DNA from: Mobula birostris
Taxonomy: Eukaryota
DNA length: 64,000 bases
Assembly: GCF_030028105.1 (NCBI RefSeq)
Contig: NC_092374.1
Coordinates: 176,786,057 to 176,850,056 of the forward strand
Direction: 5' to 3'
Shown: piece by piece, positions 47,193 to 60,974 of the stretch
How the letters are laid out: each line of letters opens with the position of its first letter
Position numbering within the stretch: the first letter of the stretch is position 1
Notes under the pieces: generated by a model
Seen by the model: the letters and a program-made list of their open reading frames with translations, nothing else
Databases searched by the model: none
Told to the model about the DNA's origin: nothing
Program-made: the position numbers and the translations under genes

Positions 47193-47889
47193 GAATTTAC
47201 ACCGGCATTACAGAACAACATTCATGTCAACTACTCTTCCCAGAGCATTTTAAAGACGAAGAAGTGCTTTACCAAGTGTAATTACTTTGCCAAGCACAAT
47301 GCCATCAATTCTACAAACGGAGCTTTGCGATTAACAGGAATATCTTCCTTCGTGTACTGCTTGAGAAATATTTATGAATCAAGATGTTACAAAGAATTTC
47401 CTTGTTATTCTTTGATGTAGCATCATGGCATCTTTCTATCAGATGAGAGGACAGACGGGAGCTCAGGTTAAAATTTTATCCAGGTGTAAAAGTGTAGATA
47501 TCAGCCAATACTGCCTCACCCTCAGTACATGATCCGATTTACACTGGTATTTACAGAACAACATTCATCTCAGCTACTCTTCCCACAGCACGTTAAAGAC
47601 AAAGAAGTGCTTTACACTTTAAAGACAAAGAAGTGTAAATATTTAGACAGGCACAATGCCATCAACTCTACAAACAGAGTTTTGGGATTAACAGGAATAT
47701 ATCTTCTTTAGAGTACTGCTTGAGAAATATTTATGATTCAGGATGTTGCAAGGAATTTCCCTGTTATTCTTTGATGTAGTGTCATGGCATCTTTCTGTCA
47801 GATGAGAGGACAGACGGGAGCTCAGGTTAAAATTTTATCAAGGTGTAAAAGTGTAGATATCATCCAACACTGCCTCACCCTCATTACAT
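47188..47889. repeat. Two-copy tandem duplication immediately upstream of the promoter (47188-47530, 343 bp; 47531-47889, 359 bp)
   Basis: Both copies begin gatccga(a)tttacac and share acagaacaacattc, gcacaatgccatcaa, tactgcttgagaaatatttatga and cagatgagaggacagacgggagctcaggttaaaattttatc. Copy 2 has an internal repeat of taaagacaaagaagtg. Confidence 0.95.
47752..47761 (-). promoter_or_regulatory. Possible NF-kB site GGGAAATTCC
   Basis: Exact match to the kB consensus GGGRNNYYCC, 760 bp upstream of the ATG. A 10-mer match can arise by chance. Confidence 0.3.
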
Positions 47890-47954
47890 GGATTTCTCAA
47901 TGATCCTTATACTGATTACTGGGCAGATTCAGATTCTGATAGGCTTATTATCAT

Positions 47955-50700
47955 TTAAAACCATAAGACAAAGGAGCGGAATTAAGCCATTCAGCCCATC
48001 AAGTCTGATTCACCATTTCATCATGGTTGGTCCATTTTCCTTTCAACCACATTCTCCTGCCTTCTTCTCATAAACTTTCACACCCTGACAAATAAAGAAC
48101 CTATAAACCTCTGCTTTAAGTGCACCCAATGACCTGCCCTCCACAGCCACCTATGGTAATGAATTGCACTGATTTGCCACCCTCTGCTACAGAAATTTCT
48201 CCTCAACTTCATTTTAAATGGAATTACCTCAATTCTGAGCCCATGCCTCTAGTGCTACTATAGAACACATCCTCTCCACATTGACTCTATCCAAGCCTTT
48301 CAACATGCAATAGGTTTCAATAAGATCCTCCCTCATTTTTCAAAATTCCAGTCAGTACATGACCCAAACCATCAATCTTTTCTCAAACAATAACCCTTTC
48401 AAACCCAAGATAATTCTTGTGATCCTCCTCTGAACCCTCTCCAATGATAGTTCATCCTTTCTTAGATAAAGGGCATAAAACTGCTCACAATACTCTAGGA
48501 GGCCTCACCATTACATCCTTGCTTTTATATTCCAGTCCTCTTGAAATGAATGTAAACATTTCATTTGCCTTTCTCAACACTGACTCATACTATAAGTCAT
48601 CCTGTAGAGAATCCTAACCAAGCAACTCCCAAGTCCCTTTGGGCCTCAGATTTTTGAATTTTCTCCTCACTTATAAAACAGTCTTTGCTTATATTCCTTC
48701 TCTCAAGGTGCATATACATACATTTCCTGAAACTATATTTCATAATGCCATTGCATTGCCCATTCTCCTAATCTGCCTATGTTCCTCTGCAGCATCCCTG
48801 CTTCCTCAACCCTATGTGCCTCTTCACCAAGCTTCATGTTATCTACAAACCTGACCATAGAATCATCAAATTCATCATCTAGCTCATTGAAATATAACAT
48901 AAAAGAAAGCAGTCCTAACATCGACCCATGCAGAACACCACTAATCATGACCAACCAACAAGAAAAAGCTCCCTTTATTCCCAGTCTTCCTCTCCTGCCA
49001 TTCAGACAATGCTCTATCCATGCAAGTGTCCTTCCTGTAATACCTTATCTTGTTAAATAGCATCAGATGCAGAATTTTGTTAAGTGCCTTCCGAAAATCC
49101 AAGTATGCACCCTCCACCAATTCTCCTTTGTCTATCCTGTTTGTTATTTCCTGCAAGAATTCCAACAGATTATTCAGGCAGGAGTTCCACTGAAGGAAAC
49201 CTTGCTAACTTCAGCCTATTTTATCATGTGTCTCTAAGTACCCTAACACCTCATCCTTAACAATTGGCACCAACATTTTCCCAGCCACTGAGGTCAGGCT
49301 AACTGACTTAGAATTTCCTTTCTGCTGCCTCCCTCCCTTTTAAAAGTGGAGTGATATTTGTAAATTTCCAGTCCGCTGGAGCCATGTCAGAATCTGGTGA
49401 TTCTTGAAAGTTTTTTTCTAATGCCCCCACAGTCTTTTCAGCTACCACTTTCAGACTGCTGGGGTCCATCTGGTCCAGCTGCCTTACCAACCTTAGGACT
49501 TTTCAGATTCCCAGGTACCTTCTCCCTAGTAAGAGCAACAGCACTCACTTCTAGCCCTACACTCTTGAGCTTCCAGCACAATGCTAGTATCTTCCAAAGT
49601 GAAAATTGATGCAACTTACTTATTTAGTTAATCAATCATTTCCTTAATACTTCTCTAAGATCATTCTCCAGTGGTCCAATATCTACTCTTGCCCTTCATT
49701 TACTCCTTATATATCTGAACAAAAAGTTTCAACAGACTTTGATATTATTGGCTAGCTTCATATCTCACCTTTCCCCTCCTTACGGCTTTTTAGTTCTGTT
49801 GGTTTTTAAAAGTGTCCTAATCCTCTAACTTCCTACTAATTTTTTTCTCTATGGCATGCCCTCTCTTTTGTTTTTGTATTGTCTTTGACTTCCTTCTCAG
49901 CCATCGTGGTGTCATCCTGCCTTTTGAATGCTTCTTCTTCATTGGGATGTATCTATCCTGTGCTTTCTGAATTGCTCCCAGAATCTCCAGCCATTGCTGT
50001 CCTGCCATCATCCCTGCCAGTGTCCCCTTCCAATCAACTTTGGCCAGCTCCTCTCTCATGCCTTTATAACTACCTTTACTCCATGCTAATAATGATATGT
50101 CTGGCTTTAGATTCACCCTCTCAAATTGCAGGGTGAATTATGTCATATTATAGAACATTCAGCCCATAGGGTTGGCCAACTAGTAAAAAAGCAAATCAAA
50201 AACATCCAAACACTTATCCCTTCTACCTACACAATGTCAATATCCCTCCAACTTCCTTACATTTATGTACCTATACAAATGTCTTTTTAAAGCATTGAAT
50301 GTATTATGTCACTGCCTTCTAGGGTTTCCTATCTTTAGCTCGTTCATCAAATCTGGTTTATTGCACAATACCAAATCAGGAACAGCCTTTCCCCTTATGG
50401 GCTCCACCATAAGCTGCTCTGAAAAGCCACCCTAGTTGAGCCCTCTAATCTATCCTGCCGGAGCACCGCTGTAATATTTTCTCTGACAAGCAATGCAACA
50501 CCTCCCCTTCTTGTCCCTCCAATTCTATCACACCTGAAGCAATTAAATCCAGGAATATTTTGTTGCCAATCACATCCGTCCTGTAACCATGTTTCACTGA
50601 TAGCTACCACATCATACTTCCAGGTATCAATCCATGCTTTAAGCTCACCACCTTTCTTATAATACTCCTAGCATTAAAATAATGCTCCTAGCATTAAAAT
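47955..50700 (-). mobile_element. Degenerate CR1 LINE(s): ORF2 body to 3' end (47955-50135) and endonuclease fragment (~50350-50700)
   Basis: ORFs 48733..48954, 48941..49165, 49308..49490, 49817..50116 and 50395..50610. Confidence 0.8.
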
Positions 50701-50859
50701 AAATAACTAATTTTCTCACACTCTCTTTTCAGAGCACAGTGGATTTCATGATGCTGATGGTTGTCTTCAGCCAAGAGTCAACTGAGCCACAAACCTTGGC
50801 AGTGTGTACCAAGCAACTATTGTGCTAGGAAAGATTACAAGCAAGAAGGGTGGGATCAT

Positions 50860-53090
50860 TGTGCTCTTTTCTAAGGAAGGTGGGACCTGTACAGATGAGA
50901 AGGTTTTCACCTGACCTGCAGGAGAACTCATATTGCAGTGGGAAAGTTTGTTCATGCTGCCCAGTGGGCTTTAAATGAAAGTTGCAGGGGGATGGGAATC
51001 AGAGTGCCAGAACAGTTAGTGGAGAATTTGTGGAAGCAGATATTGGTAAGACCTCAGACAAAGTCAGGAATCAAAATGTTGTGCATGGTGCAACCCGTAT
51101 CCAGAGCTGCATATATTTCAATGCAAAAAGTATCACAGGAAAGGAGGAGGAGCGTGGGGCATGGATGAGCATCTGGAATAATAACATTGTAGCCATTAGT
51201 GGGACTTGGTTTTCAGGAGGGGTAGGGCGGGCTGCTCAGCGTTCCGGGGTTGTGTTGTTTCAGATGTGACAGAGTGGGAGGGTTTAAGGGAAGAGAGGTG
51301 GTGTTATTAGTCAGAGAAATGGTTATGGCAGTGATCCATCAGGACAGACTGAAGAATTTGACTAGTGAGGCTTTATGAGTAGAACTTAGAAATAAGAAAG
51401 ATAGGACCACATTAATGGGGCTATATTACGGATCATCCAACCGTCCTAGGGATTTAGGGGAACAAATTTGTAAAGAGATCACAGACTTTTGCAACAAACA
51501 TAAGGTTGCTATAGTCAGTCTTCTTAACTTTCTACATATTCACTGGGAATCCCATACTGTAAAAGCAATATATGGGACAGAGTATGACAAATGTACTGTA
51601 TTTGGGAAAGTTCAGTATGTAGAAATCTCAACAAGAGAGAATGCAGTACTGGATCTGCTATTAGGGAATGAGACAGGACAGGTGTCTTAAGACAGGTGTC
51701 TTAACACGTTGCATCCAGTGACCACACTGCCATTAGTTTCAAAGTAAATATGCGTAAAGATAGGTCTGGTCCACAGGTTGAGATTCTAAATTGGAGAAGA
51801 AGGCCAATTTTGATTGGAGGCCTGTGACTACTGCAGTATCTCAGGGATCATTGCTATGTTTGTTCTTGTTTGTCATCTATATCAATGATCTGGGTATGAT
51901 AATGTGATTAACTGCATCAGCAAATTTGCAAATGACATCAAGATTTGGGGTGTAGTAGACAGTTAGGACAAACCTCAAAGCTTGCATTGGGATGTGACCA
52001 GTTGGAAGTATAGTCTGAATAATGGAAGATGGAATTTAATGCATACAAATGTGAGGTGTTGATCCCTTGTGAAGCACAACCATAGTTGATCTTACACAGT
52101 GAGTTGTAGAGAAATGTGGAGTGCACCTGAACAAAAGGATCTGTGAATACAGGCCCATAATTCACTGAAGGCCGGCTGGTGGCGCAGTGACATCAGAGCA
52201 GGGCCCTGGAGCGAAGGTTCCCGAGTCTGAACCCAGTTGGGCTGCTCCTGGGCATGCTTTCCATCTGTGCCTTGTTGAGTGTCGAGCTCACAACTTGGCC
52301 TCGTAAAAAAAAATATGCACTGGGACAAGGACATGGGGGACCACTCACAGAATCTTCCCTCCAAGACAACCACCTGAAAAGTGGTCGCCGAGGCTCTGGC
52401 AGAGTATGGCACAAAAAAAAATCACTGAAAGTTGTATCGCAGGTAGATTATGGCTGTAAACAGAGCTTTTGACACATTGGCCTCATGGATCAAAGTACTG
52501 AGTACAGGTGTTGGGATGTTCTGCTGAAGTTATAGAGATATTGATGGGGACGAATTTAGAGTATTGTAGCCAACTTTAGTCACCTACATTTAGGGAAGAT
52601 GTAAATAAGATTACAGCAAAAATTTACAAAGATGTTGCCAGACTGATTTGGACTGAGTTGTAAGGAAAGAGTGAATAAATTAGAACTTTACTCCCTAGAA
52701 TGTAGGAGATTGAGGGAGATTTGATAGAAGTATACAGAATTTTGAGAGAATAGATAAGATAAATGCCAGCAGGTGTTTCCATTGAATTTTGGGTGAGATT
52801 GCAACTAGAGGTCAAGGGGTATGGGTCAAAGGTGAAATGTTTACAGGGAACATGAGGGAAAACCTCTTCACTCAGAGGGTGGTGAGAATGTGGAACAAGC
52901 TGCTAGCACAAGTGCTGGATGCAATTTCATTTTCAAAGTTTAAGAGAATTTTGGATAGGTTCATGGATGGGAGGGATATGGAAGGCTATGGTTTTGGAGC
53001 AGTTTAATGGGACAAGGCAGTTTAAATGGTTCAGCACAGAATAGATAGGCCAAAGGTCCTGTTTCTCTGGTTAGATTTCTATGACTCTAT
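50860..53090 (+). mobile_element. Fragmented, degenerate CR1 LINE (ORF1 end, EN, RT pieces, 3' end)
   Basis: ORFs 50982..51269 (CIYFNAKSI), 51415..51690 (LDLLLGNETGQV) and 52789..53007 (ENLFTQRVVRMWN). Confidence 0.75.
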
Positions 53091-53160
53091 AACTCTATGG
53101 CTATAAATAGTTAAGATACATATAGTTTAGAAAACAAATTTTACCTTTCAGAATAAAAAT

Positions 53161-55350
53161 AACCAGAGAACCATAGAACCATAGAAACTACAGCACAGAA
53201 ACAGGCCCTTTGGCCCTTCTTGGCTGTGCCGAACCATTTTCTGCCTAGTCCCACTGACCATATCACTCCTTACACCTCCCATCCATGTATCTGTCCAATT
53301 TATTCTTAAAGGTTAAAAAAGAACCCGCATTTACCACTTCGTCTGGCAGCTCATTCCATACTCCCACCACTCTCTGTGTGAAGAAGCCCCCCCTAATGTT
53401 CCCTTTAAACTTTTCCTCCCTCACCCTTAACCCATGTCCTCTGGTTTTTTTCTCCCCTTGCCTCAGTGGAAAAAGCCTGCTTGCATTCACTCTGTCTATA
53501 CCCATCATAATTTTATATACCTCTATCAAATCTCCCCTCATTCTTCTACGCTCCAGGGAATAAAGTCCTAACCTATTCAACCCTTCTCTGTAACTGAGTT
53601 TCTCAAGTCCCGGCAACATCCTTGTAAACCTTCTCTGCACTCTTTCAACCTTATTTATATCTTTCCTGTAATTTGGTGACCAAAACTGAACACAATACTC
53701 CAGATTCGGCCTCACCAATGCCTTATACAACCTCATCATAACATTCCAGCTCTTATACTCAATACTTCGATTAATAAAGGCCAATGTACCAAAAGCTCTC
53801 TTTACGACCCTATCTACCTGTGACGACACTTTTAGGGAATTTTGTATCTGTATTCCCAGATCCCTCTGTTCCACTGCACTCCTCAGTGCCTTACCATTAA
53901 CCTTGTATGTTCTACGTTGGTTTGTCCTTCCAACGTGCAATACCTCACACTTGTCTGTATTAAACTCCATCTGCCATTTTTCAGCCCATTTTTCCAGATG
54001 GTCCAAGTCCCTCTGCAGGCTCTGAAAACCTTTCTCACTGTCTACTAGACCTCCAATCTTTGTATCATCAGCAAACTTGCTGATCCAATTTACCACATTA
54101 TCATCCCGATCATTGATATAGATGACAACAAACAATGGACCCAGCACTGATCCCTGTGGCACACCACTAGTCACAGGCCTCCACTCAGAGAAGCAATTCT
54201 CTACCACCACTCTCTGGCTTCTTCCATCGAGCCAATGTCTAATCCAATTTACCACCTCTCCATGCATACCTAGCGACTGAATTTTCCTAACTAACCTCCC
54301 ATGCGGGACCTTGTCAAAGGCCTTACTGAAGTCCATGTAGACAATATCCACTGCCTTCCCTTCATCCACTTTCCTGGTAACCTCCTCGAAAAACTCCAAC
54401 AGATTGGTCAAACATGACCTACCACGCACAAAGCCATGTTGACTCTCCCTAATAAGCCCCTGTCTATCCAAATGCTTGTAGATTCTGTCTCTTAGTACTC
54501 CCTCCAATAACTTACCTACTACTGACGTTAAACTCACCGGCCTATAATTTCCCGGATTACTTTTCGATCCTTTTTTAAACGGAACAACGTGAGCCACTCT
54601 CCAATCCTCCGGCACTTCACCCGTAGACAGCGACATTTCAAATATTTCTGCCAGGGCCCCCGCAATTTCAACACTAGTCTCCTTCAAGGTCCGAGGGAAC
54701 ACTCTGTCAGGTCCCGGGGATTTATCCACTTTAATTTTCCTCAAGACAGCAAGCACCTCCTCCTTTTCAATCTGTACAGTTTCCATGGTCTCAGTACTTG
54801 ATTCCCTCAATTCCATAGATTTCATACCAGCTTCCTTAGTAAATACAGACGCAAAAAACCTATTTAAGATCTCCCCCATTTCCTTTGGTTCCGCACAAAG
54901 CCGACCACTCTGATCTTCAAGAGGACCAATTTTATCCCTTACAATCCTTTTGCTCTTAATATACTTGTAAAAGCTCTTTGGATTATCCTTCACTTTGACT
55001 GCCAAGGCAACCTCATGTCTTCTTTTAGCCTTCCTGATTTCTTTCTTTAAGTATTTTCTTGCACTTCTTATACTCCTCAAGCACCTGATTTACCCCCTGT
55101 TTCCTATACATTTCATACAACTCCCTCTTCTTCTTTATCAGAGTTGCAATATCCCTTGAGAACCAAGGTTCCTTATTCCTATTCAATTTGCCTTTAATCC
55201 TGACAGGAACATACAAACTCTGCACTCTCAAAATTTCCCCTTTGAAGGCTTCCCACCTACCAATCACATCTTTGCCAGAGAACAACCTGTCCCAATCCAC
55301 GCTTTTTAGATCCTTTCTCATTTCTTCAAATTTGGCCTTCTTCCAGTTCA
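53161..55350 (-). mobile_element. Young 5'-truncated CR1 LINE with an uninterrupted 605-aa RT/C-terminal ORF
   Basis: ORF 53263..55080 ([44 protein letters not shown]); one frameshift to 55025..55321; (aaccatag)n tail. Confidence 0.96.
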
Positions 55351-55829
55351 GTAAATCTACTTATTTTGCAAGAAATTTAATTCATGTAACTTCGCTGAAG
55401 GGTGAATATCAAACGAAGCACTTTGTTGTCCACTTGCATCACAGCCCAAATGAATGGGCCCTCTAGACAAGTTGCATTATCAGTTGCCTAGTGTATGCTT
55501 CCCCTGAGCATGATCTGCACAGGAAATCCCCGGCCGAGCTTGAAGGTTGAGCAGGAAGGCCATATGGCAGCGGTGACCTCCAAGTGATTTATGCCTCCTA
55601 CTGGCATGCATGCTGTCAACAGCCATCCAGTGTTTCCTTATACAAACTCCAATTGCCATCAATGCAACACGCCCCTGATGAAGGAATAATAAGCTCCACA
55701 GCTACTTACAGCATTTCCCCTGACTTATCACACCACCATAAAGATGCTGCCTTGTGAGCTTCCTAATTTTTGAGATATCGCACAGAAACAGTCCCTTTGA
55801 CTCAGCAAATCCACATTTACATTGAAGAG

Positions 55830-56411
55830 AATATCTGCAGATGCTGGAAATCCAAGCAATGCGCACAAAATACTGGAGGAACTCAGCAGGCCAGACAGCA
55901 TGTATGGAAAAAAGTACATTTGGTGTTTCAAACTGACACCCTTCATCAGGACTCAGAAACAAAGATGAGGTGTCAGAGTAAGAAGTGGGGGAAGGGGAGC
56001 AAAAACCAAAAGCTGATAGGTGAAATGCGGGGGTGAAGATTGTGTGGTGGGGTGGGATGAAGTCAAGAGCTGGGAAGTTCATTGGTGATAGAGATACAGG
56101 GCTAGAGAAAGGAAAGTCTAAAAGGAAAAGACAGCAGGCTATGGAAGAAAGAAAAAGGGGAGGAGAACCAGAAAGAGGTGTTAAGGTGAGAGAGAGAAAT
56201 GGGAATGGCGAATGTTGAAGGTGAGGCCAGACCCTCTGTCCCAGTGGCCACACATTTTAATTCCACTTCCCATTCCCATTCCAACATGTCTGCCCATGAT
56301 CTCCTTTACTGTTGTAATGAGGCCACACTCATTTTGGAGGAGCAACACTTTATATTCCATCTGATAGCCTCCTGCCTAATGGCATGAACATCGATTTCTC
56401 AAACGTCCAGT
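55830..56411. mobile_element. Penelope-like element: inverted pLTR (-, ~55830-56210) abutting a GIY-YIG C-terminal fragment (+, ~56228-56411)
   Basis: PVATHFNSTSHSHSNMS...LEEQHFIFHL; the inverted arrangement is typical of PLE insertions. Confidence 0.78.
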
Positions 56412-58010
56412 AAAGCCCCTCATTCATCGACTTCACCATTGCCCATTGTGTGCGTTGCTCTCATTAACATTATCATTATTCAGAGGTTCAAAGGTTTATC
56501 TATTATTGAAGTATGCAACTCTGAAATTCTTCTATTCTTCTTCTGTGGGTAGCCATAAACCCAAGAAAGAAATTAAAGGGAGTACAGACATCAGTCCCCT
56601 AATCCCCCCTCCCCACTCAATAACAAATCAAGCAAAAATGGAACAGGCTCATCAACCCCCAAATCCATCTCCCTCCCCCATAAAAAAGTGCAAAGATATG
56701 GCAAAAACATAGAATATAAGAACTATATGACTGAAAAAATGTCTATATTCCAAGTTCACATCTAAAACACAGAAAACCTGGGCAACACTCTCTGGGCACT
56801 ACGGTAGGTTCTGCCCTCTCTGGTAGCAGAGTAATCAAAGGACAGGCAGCTGACACTCACCGTTTGCACAAAGTGTTCTCCTCACTTTCCCATCAATTTC
56901 AGATTCTGCTACTCCATCATAGTTAGGGCAGTTTACAGCGGCCAGTTAACCTAATAACACATAACTCTTTCGGATGTGAGAGGGAATCAGAGAATCTGTG
57001 TGAAATCCACATGGTCACAGTGAAAACATAAATACTCCAAACATATTGAAGGATCAGGATCAAACTCAAGACCCTGGAGCAATGAAGCAGAGGTCCTACG
57101 AACTGTGTTCAGATGCATGAGAAGTAAAAATCTTTATGCTGTGTCTCCATCTAAATATGCAATGCGTAATTTACAGTAATTTGTTAGAAATAGTATGTAC
57201 AACAGGACAGTCAATATAACATCTATTGTGCAGATCTTACAAATCAAACCTAGGGTGTTCAGACATGTCATTCAGCTAATCAATGGGTCAGCTCAAGCAT
57301 GTGCCAGACTAACAGACATTAAAGCACCAACATTTGGCACCCTAAACCAGAGTTAACCCCACAGTTGATGCCTCACATGCTGAATAATTAAGGCATCTTC
57401 TGCTTATATTCTTGGGATTGAGAGTACTCTGCTGCATTCATTGCACTGAGCTCAGTATGTAGTTGCAAACAGAGAGAAACAATGCAAGCTCCCAGATGTG
57501 GTACCAGCTCTGCAGTTTAAGATTTTGTTCTCAAGTGTTTGCTTGAGTAGAATGGGCCCAAGATGACATATCAGCCAATCAGAGAGCCACACTGCACAGA
57601 TTATCCATATAAGACATCTTGAAGTAGAATCATATAAAAGGGATAACAGTTGCATTTGAAGCAGGATATAAAGCAGGATACAAAAAAGGTGTTTTTTAAG
57701 TTATGCAAGGAGTGAAAGAAAGATGAGTTGATTTTGGACAAATGAAAAAAGATGCTGCTGACTTAGTAATGGGGGATAAAGAAGTGACAGATGAACTTAA
57801 TGGTTACTTCTCATTAGACTTCACTGTGGAACACACCAGCAGTGTGTCTGAGGTCCGTGAGTATCAGGGAACAGGAGTGAGTGCCATTGCTATTACAAAG
57901 AATAAGGTGCTTGGCAAACTGAAATGTCTCAAGATCGATTTGTCACCTAGACCACATGCGCTACCTGCCAGGGTCCTGACAGAGGTTGCAGAATAGATAA
58001 CGAATGCATT

Positions 58011-60787
58011 AGAAACAGAGAAAACATACAGCACAATACAGGCCCTTCAGCCCACAAAGCTGTGCTGAACATATCCCTCCCTTAGAACTACCTAGACTTT
58101 ACCCATAACCCTCTATATTTCTAAGCTCCATGTAGCCATACAGGAGTCTCTTAAAAGACCCTGTCATTTCCGCCTCCACCACTGCCACCGGCAGCCCATT
58201 CCACGCACTCAACACTCTCTTCATAAAAAACTTATTCCTGACATCTCCTCTGTACCTACTTCCAAGCACCTTAAAACTATGCCTTCTTGTGTTAGCCACT
58301 TCAGCCCTGGGGAAAAGCCTCTGACTATACACACGATCAACGTCTCTCATTATCTTGTACACTTCTATTAAGTCAACTCTCATCCTCTGTCAATCCAAGG
58401 AGAAAAGGCTGAGTTCACTCAACCTGTTCACATAAGGCATGCTCCCTAATCCAGGCAACATCCTTGGAAATCTCCTCTGCACTCATTCCATGGTTTCCAC
58501 ATTCTTTTTATAGTGAAGTGACCAAAACTGAGCACAGTGCTCCAAGTGAGGTCTGACCAGGGTCCTATATAGCTGCAACATTACCTCCTGGCTCTGAAAC
58601 TCAATCCCATGATTGATGAAGGCCAATGCACCATATGCATTCTGAAACACAGAGTCAACCTGCATAGCAGCTTTTAGTATCCTATGGACTCAGACCACAA
58701 GATCCCTCTGATCCTCCACACTACCAAGAGTCTTACTATTAATACTATATTTTGCCAACATATTTGACCTACCAAAATGAACCACCTCACACTTATCTGA
58801 GTGGAACTCCATCTACCACTTCTCAGCCCAGTTTTGCATCCTATCAATGTCCCGTTGTAACCTCTGACAGCCCTCCACATGATCCACAACACCCCCAACC
58901 TTTGTGTCATCAGCACATTTACTAACCCATGCCTCCACTTCCTCATCCAGGTCATTTATAAAAATCACAAAGATTAAGGGTCCCAGACCAGATCCCTGAG
59001 GCACACCACTGGTAACTGGTTTCCATGCAGAACATGACCTGTCTACAACCACTCTTTGCCTTCTATGGGCAAGCCAGTTCTGAATCCGTAAAGCAATGCC
59101 ATTGGATCCCATTCCTCCTTACTTTCTCAATAAGCCTTGCATGGGGTACCTTTTCAAATGCCTTGCTAAAATCCATATACACGACATCTATGGCTCTACC
59201 TTCATCAATGTGTTAAGTCACATCCTCAAAAATTCAATTAGGCTCATAAGGCTCGACCTACCTTTGACAAATCTATGCTGACTATTCCTAATCATGTTAT
59301 GCTTCTCCAAATGCTTATAAGTGCCTCTCAGGATTTTCTCCATCAACTTACCAATCACAGAAGTAAGACTCACTGGCCTATAATTTCCTGGGCTATCCCT
59401 AATCCCTTACTTGAATCAGGGAACAAAATCCGCAACCCTCCAATCCTCCCGTCCACACTGATGATGCAAAAATAATTGCCGGTGGCTTAGCAATCTCCCC
59501 CCTTGATTCCCACAGTTGCCTGGGGTACATCCCGTAGGGTCCTGGTGACTTATCCAACTTGATGCTTTCCAAAAGCTCCAGCACATCCTCTTTCTTAATA
59601 TCAACATCCTCAAACTTTTTCAGTCCACTGCAAGTCATCCTTACAATCACCAAGATCCTTCTCTGCAGTGAATGCTGAAGTAAAGTATTCATTAAGTACC
59701 TCTGCTATTTCCTCCGGTTCCATACACGCTTTTCCATTTTCACACTTGATTGGTGCTCTTCTCTCACATCTTATCCTCTTGCTCTCACATACTTGTTGAA
59801 TGCATTCAGGTTTTCCTTAAATCTGTCCGCCAAGGCCTTCTCATGGCCCCTTCTGGCTCTCCTAATTTCATTCTTAAGCTCCTTCCTGCTAGCCTTATAA
59901 TCCTCTGAATTCATATCATCACCTAGTTTTTTGCAACCTTTCATAAGCTTTTCTTTTCTTGACTGGATTTAAACAACCTTTGTGCAGCACAGAACTTGTA
60001 CCCTACCATCCTTTCCATGTCTCGTTGGAACGTACCTAGTCAGAACCCCACGCAAATATCTCCTGTACATTTGCAGGTTTCTTCAGTACATTTCCCTGAG
60101 AACATCTGTTTCCAATTTATGCTTCCAAGTTTCTGCCTGATAGACTCATAGTTCCCCTTACTCCAATTAAATATCTCCCCAACTTGTCTGTTCCTATCCC
60201 TCTCTAATGCTATGGTAAAGGTGATGGAATTGTGATCACTATCTCCAAAATGCTCTCCCACTGAGAGACCTGACACCTGACCAGGTTCATTTCCCAATAC
60301 CAAATGAAGTACAGCCTCTCCTCTTGTAGGCTTATCTACATATTGTGTCAAAAAACCTTCCAGAACACACCTAACAAACTCTATCCCATCTGAACACCTC
60401 ACTCTACGAAGGTACCAATCAATATTTGGGAAATTAAAATTTCCCACCACAACAACTCTGTTGTTATTACTCCTTTCCAGAATCTGTCTCCCCATCTGCT
60501 CCTCGATGTCCCTGATACTACTGGGTGGTGTATAAAAAACACCCAGTAGAGTTATTGACCCTTTCTTATTCCTAACTTCCACCCACAGAGACTCCATAGC
60601 CAACCCCTCCATGACTTCCTCCTTTTCTGAAGCCGTAAAATTATCTCTGATCAACAGTGTCACACCCCCACCTCTTTTGCCTCCCTCCCTATCCCTTCTG
60701 AAACATCTAAAGCCTGGCACTTCAAGTAGCCATTCCTGCCCCTGCACCAACCAAGTCTCTGTAATGGCCACAGCATCAGATCTCGAA
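58011..60787 (-). mobile_element. CR1 LINE ORF2 (EN to 3' end), 5'-truncated, frameshifted
   Basis: ORFs 60040..60822 ([25 protein letters not shown]), 58813..59112, 58483..58665 and 58099..58383. Confidence 0.9.
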
Positions 60788-60974
60788 GTCATGATCAATG
60801 AAGAATCATTTGATTCTGGCATGGCCCCAGAGGACTGGAAATTTGCAAATGTCAGTCCACTGATTAAGAAGGAAGGAAGTGAAAAGAAAGGAAATTATAG
60901 GCCAGTTAACCTAACCTCAGCGGTTGGCAAAGTGTTGTAGTTTATTATTTAGAATGAGGCTTTGGAGTACATAC

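Noticed and set aside
55522-55531. kB-like GGGGATTTCC 8.5 kb upstream of the gene
   Set aside because: An isolated 10-mer beyond several LINEs, expected by chance without chromatin data.
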